Positions 24,021 to 36,863 of a stretch of DNA of 64,000 bases are shown here, piece after piece; position 1 is the stretch's first letter; every line of letters starts with the position of its first letter. Source of the stretch: Octopus sinensis (Eukaryota). A model generated the notes under the pieces. That model searched no databases and had not been told where the DNA came from. It saw only the letters and a program-made list of their open reading frames with translations. The position numbers were made by a program, and so were the translations under genes. Location of the stretch: positions 1 to 64,000 of the forward strand of contig NW_021836138.1 in NCBI RefSeq assembly GCF_006345805.1. The letters are read 5' to 3'.

Positions 24021-24740
24021 TTGATTCAGCTCCACCTGATTTTAAAGTTTCGTGGGATACGTACATCTCATCATATTCTGGGATCAGAGTGAGAATTTTG
24101 AGAGAAATCTAGATCAGCTTCTAGGTGTTTAGGCCTCTATTGGCCAGCTAGGTTACATGGCTTTAACGTTATCAAAGCGATACCAGCAATTTTCTTAATT
24201 TTGGGCCTAATGTCTGGATAAGATTTTGGCAGGGTGCTGGCGCCACCATGGTGGCAGACGTTTGCATAGTGCTAAGCACGATATCAGTTCCATAAATTGG
24301 ATGCCACACATAGTAGAATGGAGTGTTGGCGCATATTAATTGCTCAGTCCCCTTCAGTGATGCACAAACAATTTAGCAGCAGAAGTATTTACGTAGGATG
24401 AAACAAATGTATTGATGTTCGCTTACAGTTTAGGTTGCATAACAAACATGTGTAGGTTGTAGTCTATATGGGTCTATAGGGATTAGAAATGTTACCTTTG
24501 TGTGTAGAACAACTAAGCGTAGAGTGAGATATCTAGATTGTCAGGTGCTAGCGGCTAAAAGTTTGTTAACAAAGTTACACAATCGTCTTATCATTTTATA
24601 TGAATTTTATCATTATTGTCTTCTATAACTTTTAATGTTCTATTTAAACATGGACTTTGCATTCTTGAAACCTTACGTCGAGACTTTAGTATTTAAGATT
24701 TTTTCTTCCACCTGAAGATGTAGCTTAATTTCTGCGTTTT
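24020..24740 (+). mobile_element. Possible second, highly degraded PLE remnant ending in a hammerhead 5' half
   Basis: CCACCTGAAGATGTAG at 24708-24723 has the same stem I and core as 23817. There is only weak resemblance to GIY-YIG (VVY..TFVCRTTKRRVR, ~24460-24530). Confidence 0.35.
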
Positions 24741-24896
24741 TAGAAGTATTTTTTGTACATGTAAGTAATTTATTTATTATTAAATATAATAAGATAAACT
24801 ATCTTTACATGCTTTAAGTTATGAAACAATTTGTCATGATATCTGAATTTTCTTATAGTTAAATTTCCTCATACTATTTCTCTCGCTATTTATAAC

Positions 24897-24897
<1 letters not shown>

Positions 24898-24930
<33 letters not shown>

Positions 24931-24942
24931 TGTGTGTGTGTA

Positions 24943-24974
<32 letters not shown>

Positions 24975-25005
24975 GTGTGTATGTGCGTGTGTGTGTGTGT
25001 GTGTA
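24898..25005. repeat. (GT)n microsatellite
   Basis: Direct reading. Confidence 0.95.
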
Positions 25006-26145
25006 AGGAAATGTATGTGTGTGAGTGTTTGTCTCTGTATTTTATGACAGTGATACTGTTTGGGTAATGGTTACATTTAATTATGGCTTCCATATATGTT
25101 TCATAGCCTGGGGTGTGAAGAACATAAATGGATTAAAAAGTACGTTATTTCAAATAAAAGCAATGGTTAGCAACAGGGGAAAATATCCAGTTCTAGAACA
25201 GTCTCGAAAAATCTAGTTCACCTCATGCCTACATGGAATAAGCAAACGTAAAACAATCTATGGCACACACACTCACACATGTTTGCGATTGTGTACGTTT
25301 GCATTTACATATTTGTAAGTATATATATATATGTGTGTATGGATATGTATGTATATGTGTATGTCTGAGCGTATGTATGTGTATAAATGAATGTATGAAT
25401 ATGTGTATATTTGAGGCTAAGTATGCAGATGAACGTGTCCACGTGCATATGAAAGTATGTAAATGTTAATATTTGTATGTCTTTCCTATCATAACCACAG
25501 CAACTTCCAAATGTTAAATTTTTCCATGAAATATTTCTCTTTTACATTTTACATTGCTATTTATAAATTTTTATTTTAAAAATTTAATCATTTATTTAGT
25601 TGCTTTTTATTGCTTCTATTGAATTGGCATTTTTGCTCCTAGCTATATTTTGCTATTCTCACATTAGTTAATATCCTTCTTTACATATGAATCCATAGTA
25701 TAGTTCTTGAATGGCAATTTACTCTAAATATAAAACAAATCTTTATCATTTGACAGTATTCAAAGCAAACTGAACATCCACAGTTCTAATTTTATTTCAA
25801 TTATTCCTCTGTCCACTCCATATTCTTAAGTTATTTTTCAGATCTTTTATTTGAAAATTTAATTTTGCATTGATATAATGATTAGCAATTCTATGCAAAT
25901 ATACACACAACATTAATATGGCTGTAGGAAAATATCACACAGGAATGTACTGCATGGTAAGTACAAATATAATAGAACCTCACATATGCAACATATTGAT
26001 TTGAAAACCTAAGATAAAACTGAGTTTATCCAAGAACTTAATAGACAACGCCTTCCTGAATGGTGTCAAAAATCAAAAAGCAATAGACAGGGAGATAACT
26101 CCAATAAAATCCACCAACTGAACTTTTTAGAAAATATACAGAATT

Positions 26146-26576
26146 GAACCTTTTCGGTTTGAACAGCAGTTTTTTTCTAGCGGTGTCATATGAAATTGTC
26201 ACTCATAATTATGACCCTAGTATCGATCTATTGCATTTCAATCTATTTTAGGGTTAGGGTTAGTTAGGGTTAGGGTTAGAGGTGGAGGAAGGGTATCTTT
26301 TTTTCTTCAGAAATGTAAATAAACCCAATCTGTTTCTTAAATGAGGGACATTTTCATACGGCACAGAATGTTTTCACCTCAATAGACGTCATTGATTGGT
26401 TGAAATTGCAGAAATTGAAGAAAAAAACAACAAATATCTTACAAACTATAGAATTTTCTCAATAAAGCCAAGAAAAAAGATGTTTTATAAACATATTCTA
26501 CCAGTATACGAAGTTTAAAAGTGTTTAGTTACGTGGAAATTATTTTAAAAAACTGCCATTCAAACCGAAAAGATCC
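26146..26576 (+). mobile_element. Non-autonomous DNA transposon (MITE) with GG-starting TIRs, 8-bp TSD and internal (TTAGGG)n; Merlin-like
   Basis: TIRs GAACCTTTTCGGTTTGAACAGCAGTTTTTT and AAAAAACTGCCATTCAAACCGAAAAGATCC. TSD ACAGAATT at 26138-26145 and 26577-26584. TTAGGG repeats at 26248-26279. The superfamily assignment is an inference from TIR start and TSD length. Confidence 0.8.
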
Positions 26577-27267
26577 ACAGAATTCAGATGGATAAAAGAT
26601 ATCTTGATCTTATTTGATCTCATCAGTGAAGAATATTCTATGCAGGAAGGAATGAACAGGGGCTAACATTTTCATCTTGTCAGAAACGACTTCTCAATTG
26701 CGACAAAAATTGTTGCCGTCTTTGTTCACTTTTATCTTCTTTTTTTTTGTGTTATATGTGGCAAATGATGAAGTATCATAAGTCACCAGATATTATAAGA
26801 CCTAATAAAACTCATGCCAGCATGGAAAATGGGATGCAAAATGAAGATGATGATGAGAAGGAGATGAGAGATGGAGAAGGAGGAGGGGTGGGGTGGGGGT
26901 GAATACAGAATACATAGAGGCAGGTTATATGATCATATGTAGTTGTATTTTTTTTTACTGAGAAATTTCAGCTAAGCAGAAGCTATCGTGAGAAAATTGA
27001 AAAGTAAATACTTTGAAAAGAAATAACTTTTGTATTATTTATCTCATTTGAGTTTGTTCCATCCAAATTTTGTTACAGGCAATACTACAAACATATTACA
27101 AAGACTTATGCACCACACCACTGTTAACATCCACAACACAAGATATAGTCATAGCTAACTGATGGATAAACATATTTAGAACAATCACAGATACTATGAC
27201 TTAGAAAGAAACAACAATAACGGTGCACAAACAATGCATGTAATTAATCATGGCCTATGTTTGTTCT

Positions 27268-27575
27268 GGAGGCGCAATGGCCCAGTGGTTAGGGCAGCGG
27301 ACTTGCGGTTGGAGGATCGCAGTTTTGATTCCCAGACTGGGGGTTGTGTGTGTTTATTGAGCAAATACACCTAAAAGCTCTATGAGGCTCCGGCAAGGGG
27401 TGGTGGCGACCCCTGTTGTACTCTTTCGCCACAACTTTTTCTCACTCTCTCTTTCTGTTTCTTGAGTAACGCTACGATGGACTGGCATCCCGTCCAGCTG
27501 GGGGGAACACATATGCCACAGAAACCAGTAAACCGGGCCCATGAGCCTGGCTAGGCTTGAAAAGGGCGACGTTTT
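27268..27575 (+). mobile_element. tRNA-derived SINE (GGAGGCGCAATGG head, tail type shared with 41785)
   Basis: Head matches the 16694 copy; tail GACTGGCATCCCGTCCAG..GAAACCAG. Confidence 0.85.
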
Positions 27576-27744
27576 TTTTAATGTTAGTTCTGCCTGAGGT
27601 TCAGTATCTGCCCATCAAAATACTATATCAAAATTACACAAAATAGCATTCTTCACATCATAACATGCACAAACTACCAAAATACTAAATATATAAACTG
27701 ACCTGGAGTATAGATTGTTGCCACAGTAACTTTTACTCCCCACA

Positions 27745-28070
27745 GTTTCAACTACTTCAGGATAAACCATGTCCAAAGACTATTCAATAGCCCAGAGCAC
27801 TACCATAATAGCATTCTAAAAATGCTAAGTCCTCCTACACAGCCTAAATAAAATAACAACAATATTGATAGCCTCACTGGTACCAAACACTGTGGTGGTA
27901 TGCACAGCAGCAAAATAAGTGCAGAGAATACCAAGTGTTGCATCCTGGTTGAGTCCTTTTGGACTACCTCTGTTGTGACCTCCACCACAATCTGTTGGTA
28001 TCCAAAAATACAAAAGGATACTAAACTATGCAAAATGTCCAGATTGTAACACTGCACCACATATGATTTT
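27745..28070 (+). pseudogene. Possible degraded non-LTR retrotransposon C-terminal zinc-knuckle region
   Basis: Frameshifted translation includes AKCPDCNTAPH. The similarity to I-group LINE C-termini is from recall only. Confidence 0.3.
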
Positions 28071-28409
28071 TATCTCTCTATAGTGAAGTGTTGCTGTATG
28101 ATCCTCAATTAGATAAAATGTAACATGACTAGGAGTATGTGAGTCATACCTCATCATTTGGCATTTTACATGTCATAAGAATGATAAATTAGGATCGATG
28201 TGGGACTACACAATAACAACTATTAATTAATAACAAATTATCAATTTTTCCAGCTCTAAGATCATAATCAACTCTGTCAATATTATACTCTAGAATGTTC
28301 TGTAGTGAGAAGAGATAAAATAACCAGTAACGTATTAGGCAGCCTGCTTTCAGTTAATGATTTTAAATCAACCCCTCATATTTCTAGGCTGAACACAATT
28401 TCTTATTTC

Positions 28410-28632
28410 TTTATTGCCCACAAGGGGCTAAACATAGAGGGAACAAACAAGGACAGACAAAGGGATTAAGTCGATTAGATCGACCCCAGTGTGTAACTTG
28501 TACTTAATTTAATCGATCCCGAAAGGATGAAAGGCAAAGTCAACCTTGGTGGAATTTGAACTCAGAATGTAACAGCAGACAAAATACTGCTAGGCATTTC
28601 GCCCTGCATGCTAACGTTTCTGCCAGCTTGCT
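28410..28632 (-). mobile_element. tRNA-derived SINE (14314 family)
   Basis: CCCACAAGGGGCTAAAC..GAAAGGATGAAAGGCAAAGTC..CTAACGTTTCTGCCAGCTTGC. Confidence 0.9.
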
Positions 28633-30063
28633 GCTGAACACAATTTCTTTGTGACTTCAGTTCACCTGGCTGCCAAGATGTATCAATAGAACATGAATGA
28701 ATAGTATCTAAAATTTATCAGTATCCTAGCCATTAAGAAACTTATCTTTCATTCAATTAAAGCCATCAAACTAGCACTGTTAATCACTGCTACTCAAAAA
28801 GCTTTTCAGCATCCAAAAGGTACATACATTATTATGCCGTCCAAGAATTTGGACCTGGAGTTCTCCATTTCCAGCGACTTTGAGGGTCACCTCCCAGTGG
28901 TGTTGGGCGTCAATGAAGAGCACTTGACTACATCAAGACGACCAAAGTTTTTTTTTTCCAAGGTCTGGGGTCTCCCACCCCTAAGCCCTAGACCATCACC
29001 TAATCACCCTCACCCGTCTCGTTGCTTAACATCAACAACAACAACAACTACATTATTATTACATTACACTATAATCTGTTGTAGAGATGAATTGAGTTCA
29101 GAAGATTGTTACTTGGATTTTACTCCTACTTGTAGCAATTTCATTTAAAATTCATTCTAATTGCTTTAAAAATGATAACAATTTTCAGTCATATTTTTTT
29201 TATCTTACATAAATTAGAAATCATTCACTAATGATAGGAATTTATCAGTTATGTTATGAGAGAAAGGAAGACTTAGAAGAAATGGTAAAGACATGGCTGA
29301 ATGTTTCGTTGGATTAAGTATAATTAGTGTTAGATTGAACTTTTACCCCCATTCCAAGTGAGAGATAGAATAAATATCAGACAAATAGAAGGATTCATTT
29401 AATTAACTTTCAAATAGTCAAGCTTTTGGAAGATCAAATATACAACCGGCAACTCTTTTCTATCACAAAACTCAGGTTAATAGTCTTATCATTATTGGCA
29501 GAGCTTCTAAACAACATGCATTTCACAGATTAATAATGATTTAGCCATATGCAGAATTAGATTTTGTAATGCTGCCGACCTTTTCACAGATAAGGACAAA
29601 AGAAAAAACAAATTGACCTGTGTTGAATCCACAACATACTATCTGCTGTGGACAATCCATTATGGAAACAGAAAATGGTGTCAAAGAGAGAAGAGAGAAT
29701 TCAGTCAATGATATTCATCTTCTATAAATGTAACAGTTGTCCTTCAGTACTTCCATTTCTGTTTGCCATCATAACTAAAGCTATACTGAAGCATTGCCTT
29801 GGGCTAATACAAGGAATTATTCTTGTTGCAAATATTATAATCAATGGAATCACTGCTAACATCTTTATCACCTTCACCTTACTGCTGAAACAACAACCAC
29901 TGCCTCTTCTATTTGAGGGATTATGGTGCCAATGCAAATAACATATTTTATCTTCACATTTGATTGAATAATATTGAGAAAGACTGATAAACTTGCAATT
30001 ATTTATCTAAGGGAGGTCAATGAACTCAACAAAACCGACCAAAATTCATGTGATTGACAAGTT

Positions 30064-31038
30064 ATATATCTACTAACCTATGTAACAAGTCAAAATGTAC
30101 CTATATACCTACTAACCTATGTAACAAATCAAAATGTACCTATATATCTACTAACCTATGTAACAAGTCAAAATGTACCTATATATCTATTAACCTATGT
30201 ACCAAGTCAAAATGAACCTGTATATCTACTAACCTATGTACCAAGTCAAAATGTACCTATATATCTAGTAACCTATGTAACAAGTCAAAATGTACCTATA
30301 TATCTCTTAACCTATATAACAAGTCAAAATGTATCTGTATATCTATTAACCTATGTAACAAATCAAAATGTACCTATGTATCTACTAACCTATGTAACAA
30401 GTCAAAATGTACCTATGTATCTACTAACCTATATAACAAGTCAAAATGTACCTGTATATCTACTAACCTATGTAACAAGTCAAAATGTACCTGTATATCT
30501 ACTAACCTATGTAACAAGTCAAAATGTACCTGTATATCTACTAACCTATGTAACAAGTCAAAATGTACCTGTATATCTATTAACCTATATAACAAGTCAA
30601 AATGTACCTATATATCTATTAACCTATGTAACAAATCAAAATGTACCTATATATCTACTAACCTATGTAACAAGTCAAAATGTACCTGTATATCTACTAA
30701 CCTATGTAACAAGTCAAAATGTACCTATATATCTACTAACCTATGTACCAAGTCAAAATGTACCTGTATATCTACTAACCTATGTAACAAGTCAAAATGT
30801 ACCTATATATCTACTAACCTATGTAACAAGTCAAAATGGTACATATATATCGACTAACCTATGTAACAAGTCAAAATGTACCTATATATCTACTAACCTA
30901 TGTAACAAGTCAAAATGTACCTATATATCTACTAACCTATGTAACAAGTCAAAATGTACCTGTATATCTACTAACCTATGTAACAAGTCAAAATGTACCT
31001 GTATATCTATTAACCTATATAACAAGTCAAAATGTACA
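30064..31038. repeat. 39-bp minisatellite, ~25 copies (ATATCTACTAACCTATGTAACAAGTCAAAATGTACCTRT)
   Basis: Direct reading. The 13-aa periodicity YLLTYVTSQNVP(I/V) reflects the 39-bp unit. Confidence 0.97.
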
Positions 31039-33231
31039 CTGATGTCCTACTTGGCACATTATTCAGCTTATTAAAGATGGAACCATTAGTATGCTTGACA
31101 AAATGCTACTAAGCATCTTGTCCATCTCCGTGTTCTGAGTTCAAATTCTACCAAAGTTGACTTCTCTTTAATTCTTTCCAGGTTGATGAAATTAGTACAA
31201 GTTGTGCACTGGGGTTCATGTAATCAACTATCTCCCTCACCCTAAATTTCAAGTCTTATGCCTCTAATGTAAAGGATTATTTAGCTCAGCTAATACCAGA
31301 CTCATTTTATTTAATGATTTACATTATTTTTTTACATTTGCTTTGCTGAAATTGGTCTTTCTACAGCTAACTGCTCAGCTTTTGAAGTAGGATTGAAACT
31401 TGCTTTTGCTAGGCAATAGATTAGCATGAAGACAAAAAATAAATTGTTGTTGTATGATTTTTAATTTTTCATTATGTGATCCATTGTCTAATCACTGAAC
31501 TTTACTATAGAGTGTGTTGTAGAGTAGAATTAATTCATGCTAGAATGTTATACCTTAAGTAAAGATATGATGATGATGTGAAGGTCAGAGAGAGTGTCCC
31601 AAAATATATGTCAATGTAACAAAACAGCCTACCCAGATGCTTCTGATCAATGGCTGTTGTTTAGCTTCCAGTCAGTCCTGATTAAGCCACACTGTGACCA
31701 ATGGTATTCAAGCCATGATCAATCCAACTTTGTTTTTAGTCATAGTAAACTCCAAACTGCATTATCCAAAGTATATCTACCCCCAAATAAGCAACAGCTG
31801 TTTGGGCAGTACTTGCTGCTATTTCTAGCATCTTGAGTAACCATTTAGAATTTTCCTCGGTGACACTTAAGTGGGCAGCTTTGCCAGAGTATTCACTTGA
31901 CAGATATTGTTGTGGGATTTATGTTTGGAGTAACAAATTTATTGTTATGGATGTTTTCAAGATTAACATACCATTTATGTTTGAAATAAAGTAAGCGCTC
32001 TCCTGAAAATCATGTTATATGAAAAGTAAATTGTGATGATTAAGTAGGTGTTTAGTTGAGGTTGTGTCTATCTGTGCAAAAAATATTGAAGGCGAATAGT
32101 TGGCATGGTTTTAACCATATATATGTTGTCCAACTAAAAACATGTGGTCTAATTTTACAAATGTAATAATATTTTGCTCATTTTATATTTGACTATTTAG
32201 TTAGTGTTAGATTTTGAAATAATTACTTTTGATAATGTTGAAAACCCAAAGGAATAAAGAAATTGAATGTGAAAGAAATAAATCAATACAAAACTGATTT
32301 TTCATTTCTGAATTTATTTCCTATATCAATTACAAATTCTTCTAAATTTTGTAGGTTAACTACAATTTCTTACATTTGTATTTCCCCAGTCAGTTTTCAT
32401 CAGCTATATTCACACCCATAAAAGCTTAAACTTAAGCTCAGAAAAATTAATTCCAAAGACTCACTTTAAATATTTGCTGATTAAATAAATAATTAAAGAA
32501 ATGTGTAGTAGCGAACTGGTTCTTACAGAAAAATAAATACGAGAAAGATGAATTTTCTTTATCCTACATAAATGTGTGATAAATATAGCCCAGTGTTAAA
32601 ACCTGGAGTCAGAGTTGTCATATTTATGAGATACTACAAAACAGAATCTTATTTCACACATTTAGATAGGTTTTGAAGAAGCGAGAAACAGCTTTGCATT
32701 ATGCATATATTTATGACTATATTCCTCGAAAAATAAGATATATAAAAGAAAGCACTAAAAGATACTCAAACATTATGACACTGTAATGGTGAACTTGTAA
32801 TACTATTTGAAAAACAAATGAAACATGTCAAAGGTCTGATGCAATCTCTTTTTACCAGGTTTCACGATTCAGAGCTACAAGGGGTTAATTGGCTTGGTTT
32901 TAGAAGTTAATTGGAAAGTTAATTGAAACCATATTGCTGCTGTATCATTATTCTCTCATCATCAATATCGTTTTCAGTTCTACCAGAAGTGTCAGTAACA
33001 TTAATTTTCACTTCAACTAATATGAACTTATATGGACACAAAGGCAGCATATAGGCAATACTAGTGGATCTGCTAAAAGGGCAATATTCAAATGATAATT
33101 AGTTAACAATATTAAAGAAAATTTTCTGATGAAGCACTAATTCATCATGAATTATAAAAGAAGCTTGGTGATATTTAATTATAAGAACTGTAACACTTTA
33201 AGAAAAGAATAACTTTACTAATAGTTATTGT

Positions 33232-33535
33232 GATCACGTGACTGACCAGGCTATCAGATGCTGCTACACATCGCTAGTCACAATGTGCTTCGCATTGTTT
33301 TAGGCTTCAAGTGACACTACCCCGCTGGCTAAGCGAGCAGGCCAACAGAAGAAAGAGTAAGAGAAAGTTGTGGCGAAAGACTACAGCAGGGATCGCCAAC
33401 ACCGCCTGCTGGAGCCTCGTGGAGCTTTAGGTGTTTTCGCTCAGTAAACACACACAACGCCTGGTCTGGGAATCGAAACCGTGATCCTGCAACTGCGAGT
33501 CCGCTGCCCTAACCACTGGGCCTTTGCGCCTCCAC
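33232..33535 (-). mobile_element. tRNA-derived SINE (GGAGGCGCAA head, third tail type)
   Basis: Head matches 16694. Near-TSD AATAGTTATTGT (33220-33231) and AACAGTTATTGT (33536-33547). Confidence 0.85.
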
Positions 33536-33869
33536 AACAGTTATTGTAATACTTTACAATAGTTATTGTAATACTTTAAAAATAAATTAAATATTAACTG
33601 ACAATGCATAAATTCTTATGAATTTTTGCAGAAACTATGTGACATTTACCTAATTGTAGTGTATAGACATCAGAATAGGCATCAAAACCTAGGAAACAAA
33701 AATAGACTTAGACAGTTAGATTACAGAAGACTTCTATTGATTATTTAAAATATCTATTCACTTTTGGGGCATAAATGTTTAGTCATGTCTTACTTTTCAT
33801 GGTAATATCCTGTCAAAAGCAACTTCACCATTTGTTCTTCCAGTGTGGATAATCTAAGAACCAGTCATA

Positions 33870-34320
33870 AACTTTGTTTAAGTTAATCAGCTGTTTCCAC
33901 CACAAAAAGGGTTTGGGCCATTTATATGTTAGAATTAGTTTCAAGGTTCATCCAAGGCTGGCACCACGGGCCATACGTCCCCTGCCCGATTCAGGATCAC
34001 AGCATATAGGTACACTGCAACTTAATTTCTTTTCCCCAACAGGCCCTACCCTGTTTAACATTGTACCGAAAGAGATCAAAGAGAAAAGGATCCCATCACC
34101 TTTAAATGGAGTCTGGACAGATTTCTTCAAGGATTTTGGGATAAGCCACTCATATCTGGATACAACTCACTCAACAAGAATTCACTACTTGAATGGACCA
34201 TAAACAAAACTTTTCTTAAACAGGATTTAGATAATCCTATCAGGTGGTGCTATTAAGTTAGACATGGCCTAGACCAATCTTTGGTCGAAACATACCTAAG
34301 TTTTATCTAAGTTTTAATCA
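33870..34320 (+). pseudogene. CR1/L2-group LINE 3' remnant
   Basis: ORF 33874-34203 contains NFFSPTGPTLFNIVPKEIKE, resembling the F..RGP.LFN.LP..I C-terminus of these LINEs. Confidence 0.6.
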
Positions 34321-35022
34321 CGGCGGTGCATCACCATGGCCACAGCTCTGAGCTGAAACTAGAGAAAAAAAAATTATCAATAAATCATTAAAAAAATCAC
34401 AGTTAAAATACAAAAATCATTTTTATTACTGTTGTTGCTTTGGGTTTAAGTCTTACCAAGTTCATCTTCGCCTTCATTCTTTTCAGATCGATAAAGTAAA
34501 GTATCAGTCATGTACTAGAATCAACTTAATTGATTATTTCTCTCCGTCAAACTCTCTAACTTAATGCCTTATGTAAGAAATTATCATTAAAGTCAATATT
34601 GTTTCACAAAAGCATTATTTTTAAGTGAGAAATAACATTTAATTAATTAATGTAACAAACTAGTTAAGAGACCAGAAGATCATATCCTGTCATTAGCAAC
34701 AAATTCTTTTTAAGGAAAAGATGCTTAATAGTAAAATGGTTCAGTTCACTAGGTTAAAAGTAAGTCACAGTGTATGGAAGGATTTTGGTGCTGTAACAGC
34801 AGTAGAGCTGACAAGAGATTTGTTAAGCACCAAGAGGAAGCATCTCATATAATATTCTGTTTCCCAGAATCTGGGGAAAAGTCTTTATGAGTCTATGGCT
34901 CCAGAAGGGCCTTTTTACGCATACATGCATATATATGAAAAGGATCAAATACACACACACGTACACACACATAAGTACATATCTATATGTAAAGGATCGA
35001 ATATAGATATATGTAGATGTGT

Positions 35023-35056
<34 letters not shown>

Positions 35057-35214
35057 CATACATTTTAAATAATAAATTATATTTAAATAAGCACACACTC
35101 AATGATAAAATTAAAGTAGACATAGGAACAAATTTTAAAATGAAATGAACGCCTCATAAACACTCATTATATATAAATACATGTATATATGTAAAGGATC
35201 AAATATATATATAT

Positions 35215-35492
35215 ATAATAAATATTAGGGAATAAATCCAAACTTACAGGGAAAAATCAGATTTAGGATTGAATCCAATTTTATAGTAAAATATTATATT
35301 ATATTAAATTAGAGACAAAACCACTATTAGGCAAATCAAACAATGAAAGACTTAAGCCAATACATATGATTAATTTATATTATTTAAATATGTAACAATT
35401 ATTAAAAATATAATTAATATCCACTACGATCGTTTCCTGCCTGTTTTGTTGATTTGCCTAATAGTGGTTTTGTCTCTAATTTAATATAATAT
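35215..35492. mobile_element. Short foldback fragment of the 19075 PLE family
   Basis: 35215-35340 matches 19090-19205. Arms ~35298-35343 and ~35446-35490 are inverted. A minus-strand hammerhead 3' half lies at 35421-35443. Confidence 0.8.
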
Positions 35493-35723
35493 ATATATAT
35501 ATATATACATACTTTGATAGGTTTCAGCCAGTATTGGCCCAATCTATGTCTAGCTTAATAGCACCACCTGGCAAATACATACATACACACACACACATAT
35601 ATATATGTATGTATGTATGTATTTAAATACATGAATTTATATGTAAAGGAGCAAATATGTATATATGTATATAAATATATGTATATGTATGCAAAGGATC
35701 AAATATATATATATATAGATATA

Positions 35724-35764
<41 letters not shown>

Positions 35765-35826
35765 CCTTTTTTTTTCTCTCCTTTTTTTTTCTCTCCTTCT
35801 TTCTGTGTTTTTTTTCTCTCTGTGTA

Positions 35827-35864
35827 TCTTTCTGTTGAAGAGCGTAGGCTCGAAACGTTAAAGA
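35827..35864 (+). ncRNA. Minimal hammerhead-like fold with core variant CUGUUGA (A6U), in a PLE-type fragment (~35760-35960)
   Basis: Stem I TCTTT/AAAGA; CTGTTGA; hairpin GAGC-GTAG-GCTC; GAAAC-GT-T with palindrome AACGTT. Confidence 0.55.
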
Positions 35865-36094
35865 CTTGTTTTATTTATATTTCCTGAGCGCCATACTAAT
35901 ACAATTGTTCGTTTGTTTTCCACCTGCCTTCGTCTTTTGTCTATTTTCATAAAGCTTCCCGTTATGTATATAAATACATGTATATATATATGTAAAAGAT
36001 CAAATATATATATATTTACAATACATTCACACATACACATATATAAATATATGTATATATGGATGGCCATTGTTTTACTCCAATGAAATAAAAT

Positions 36095-36492
36095 TGTGGC
36101 TATCCATACATACAGGTAGGTCCTTTAAGGCCATGCCTCCCATTCTCTCTCTCTCTTTCTGTGTCAGCTGAGAAGTCTTTGTCTTGCAAATTCTCTGTGT
36201 CATGTAAAAAGCACTCATGCTGACTACATGTTAAGAGTAGTCTCATTAGCACCACCTGAAGTGCACTTGTGCTGGCACCACATAAAGAGCACCCATGCTG
36301 GTGCCATGTAAAAGCACTCGTGTCAGTACCAAGTAACAAGCATCCAGCACACTGTGAAGTGGTTGGCATTGGGGAGGGTTTCCAGCCACAGAAACCATGC
36401 CATAACAGACAAATTTGAGCAGGGACAGCTCTCTGGCCGACCAGCTCCTGTCAAACTGTCCAACCCATACCAACATGGAAAACGGACGTTAA

Positions 36493-36495
<3 letters not shown>
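36095..36495 (+). mobile_element. RTE-type retroposon 3' end (CATGGAAAACGGACGTTAAA + (GAT)n tail)
   Basis: Matches the minus-strand copies at 38865, 44470 and 56638. Confidence 0.8.
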
Positions 36496-36524
<29 letters not shown>

Positions 36525-36832
36525 AATAATGACGATGATGACGATGATGATGATGACGATGATGGCGATGATGATGATGATGATGATAATGACGATGATG
36601 ACGATGATGATGATGATGATAATGACGATGATGACGATGATGATGACGATGATGATGGCGATGATGGTGACGATGATGATGATGATGATGATGACGATGA
36701 TGATGGCGATGATGATGATGATAATGACGATGATGTCGATGATGGTGACGACGATGATGATGATGATGATGATGACGATGATGATGGCGATGATGATGAC
36801 GATGATGATGGCGATGATGATGACGACGATGA

Positions 36833-36863
<31 letters not shown>

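Noticed and set aside
26248-26279. True telomere or chromosome fusion site
   Set aside because: Only about five units, inside a TIR- and TSD-bounded element.
28084-28138. 55-nt segment with strong acceptor and donor on the plus strand
   Set aside because: All three frames contain stops, and there is no evidence it is a non-coding exon.
29722-29937. ORF with KVKVIKMLAVIPLIIIFA, resembling GPCR TM6
   Set aside because: It lacks the CWxP and NPxxY motifs and other TM segments and stops early; the resemblance is probably chance.
30064-31038. 39-bp repeats as a CRISPR array
   Set aside because: The units are head-to-tail with no spacers.
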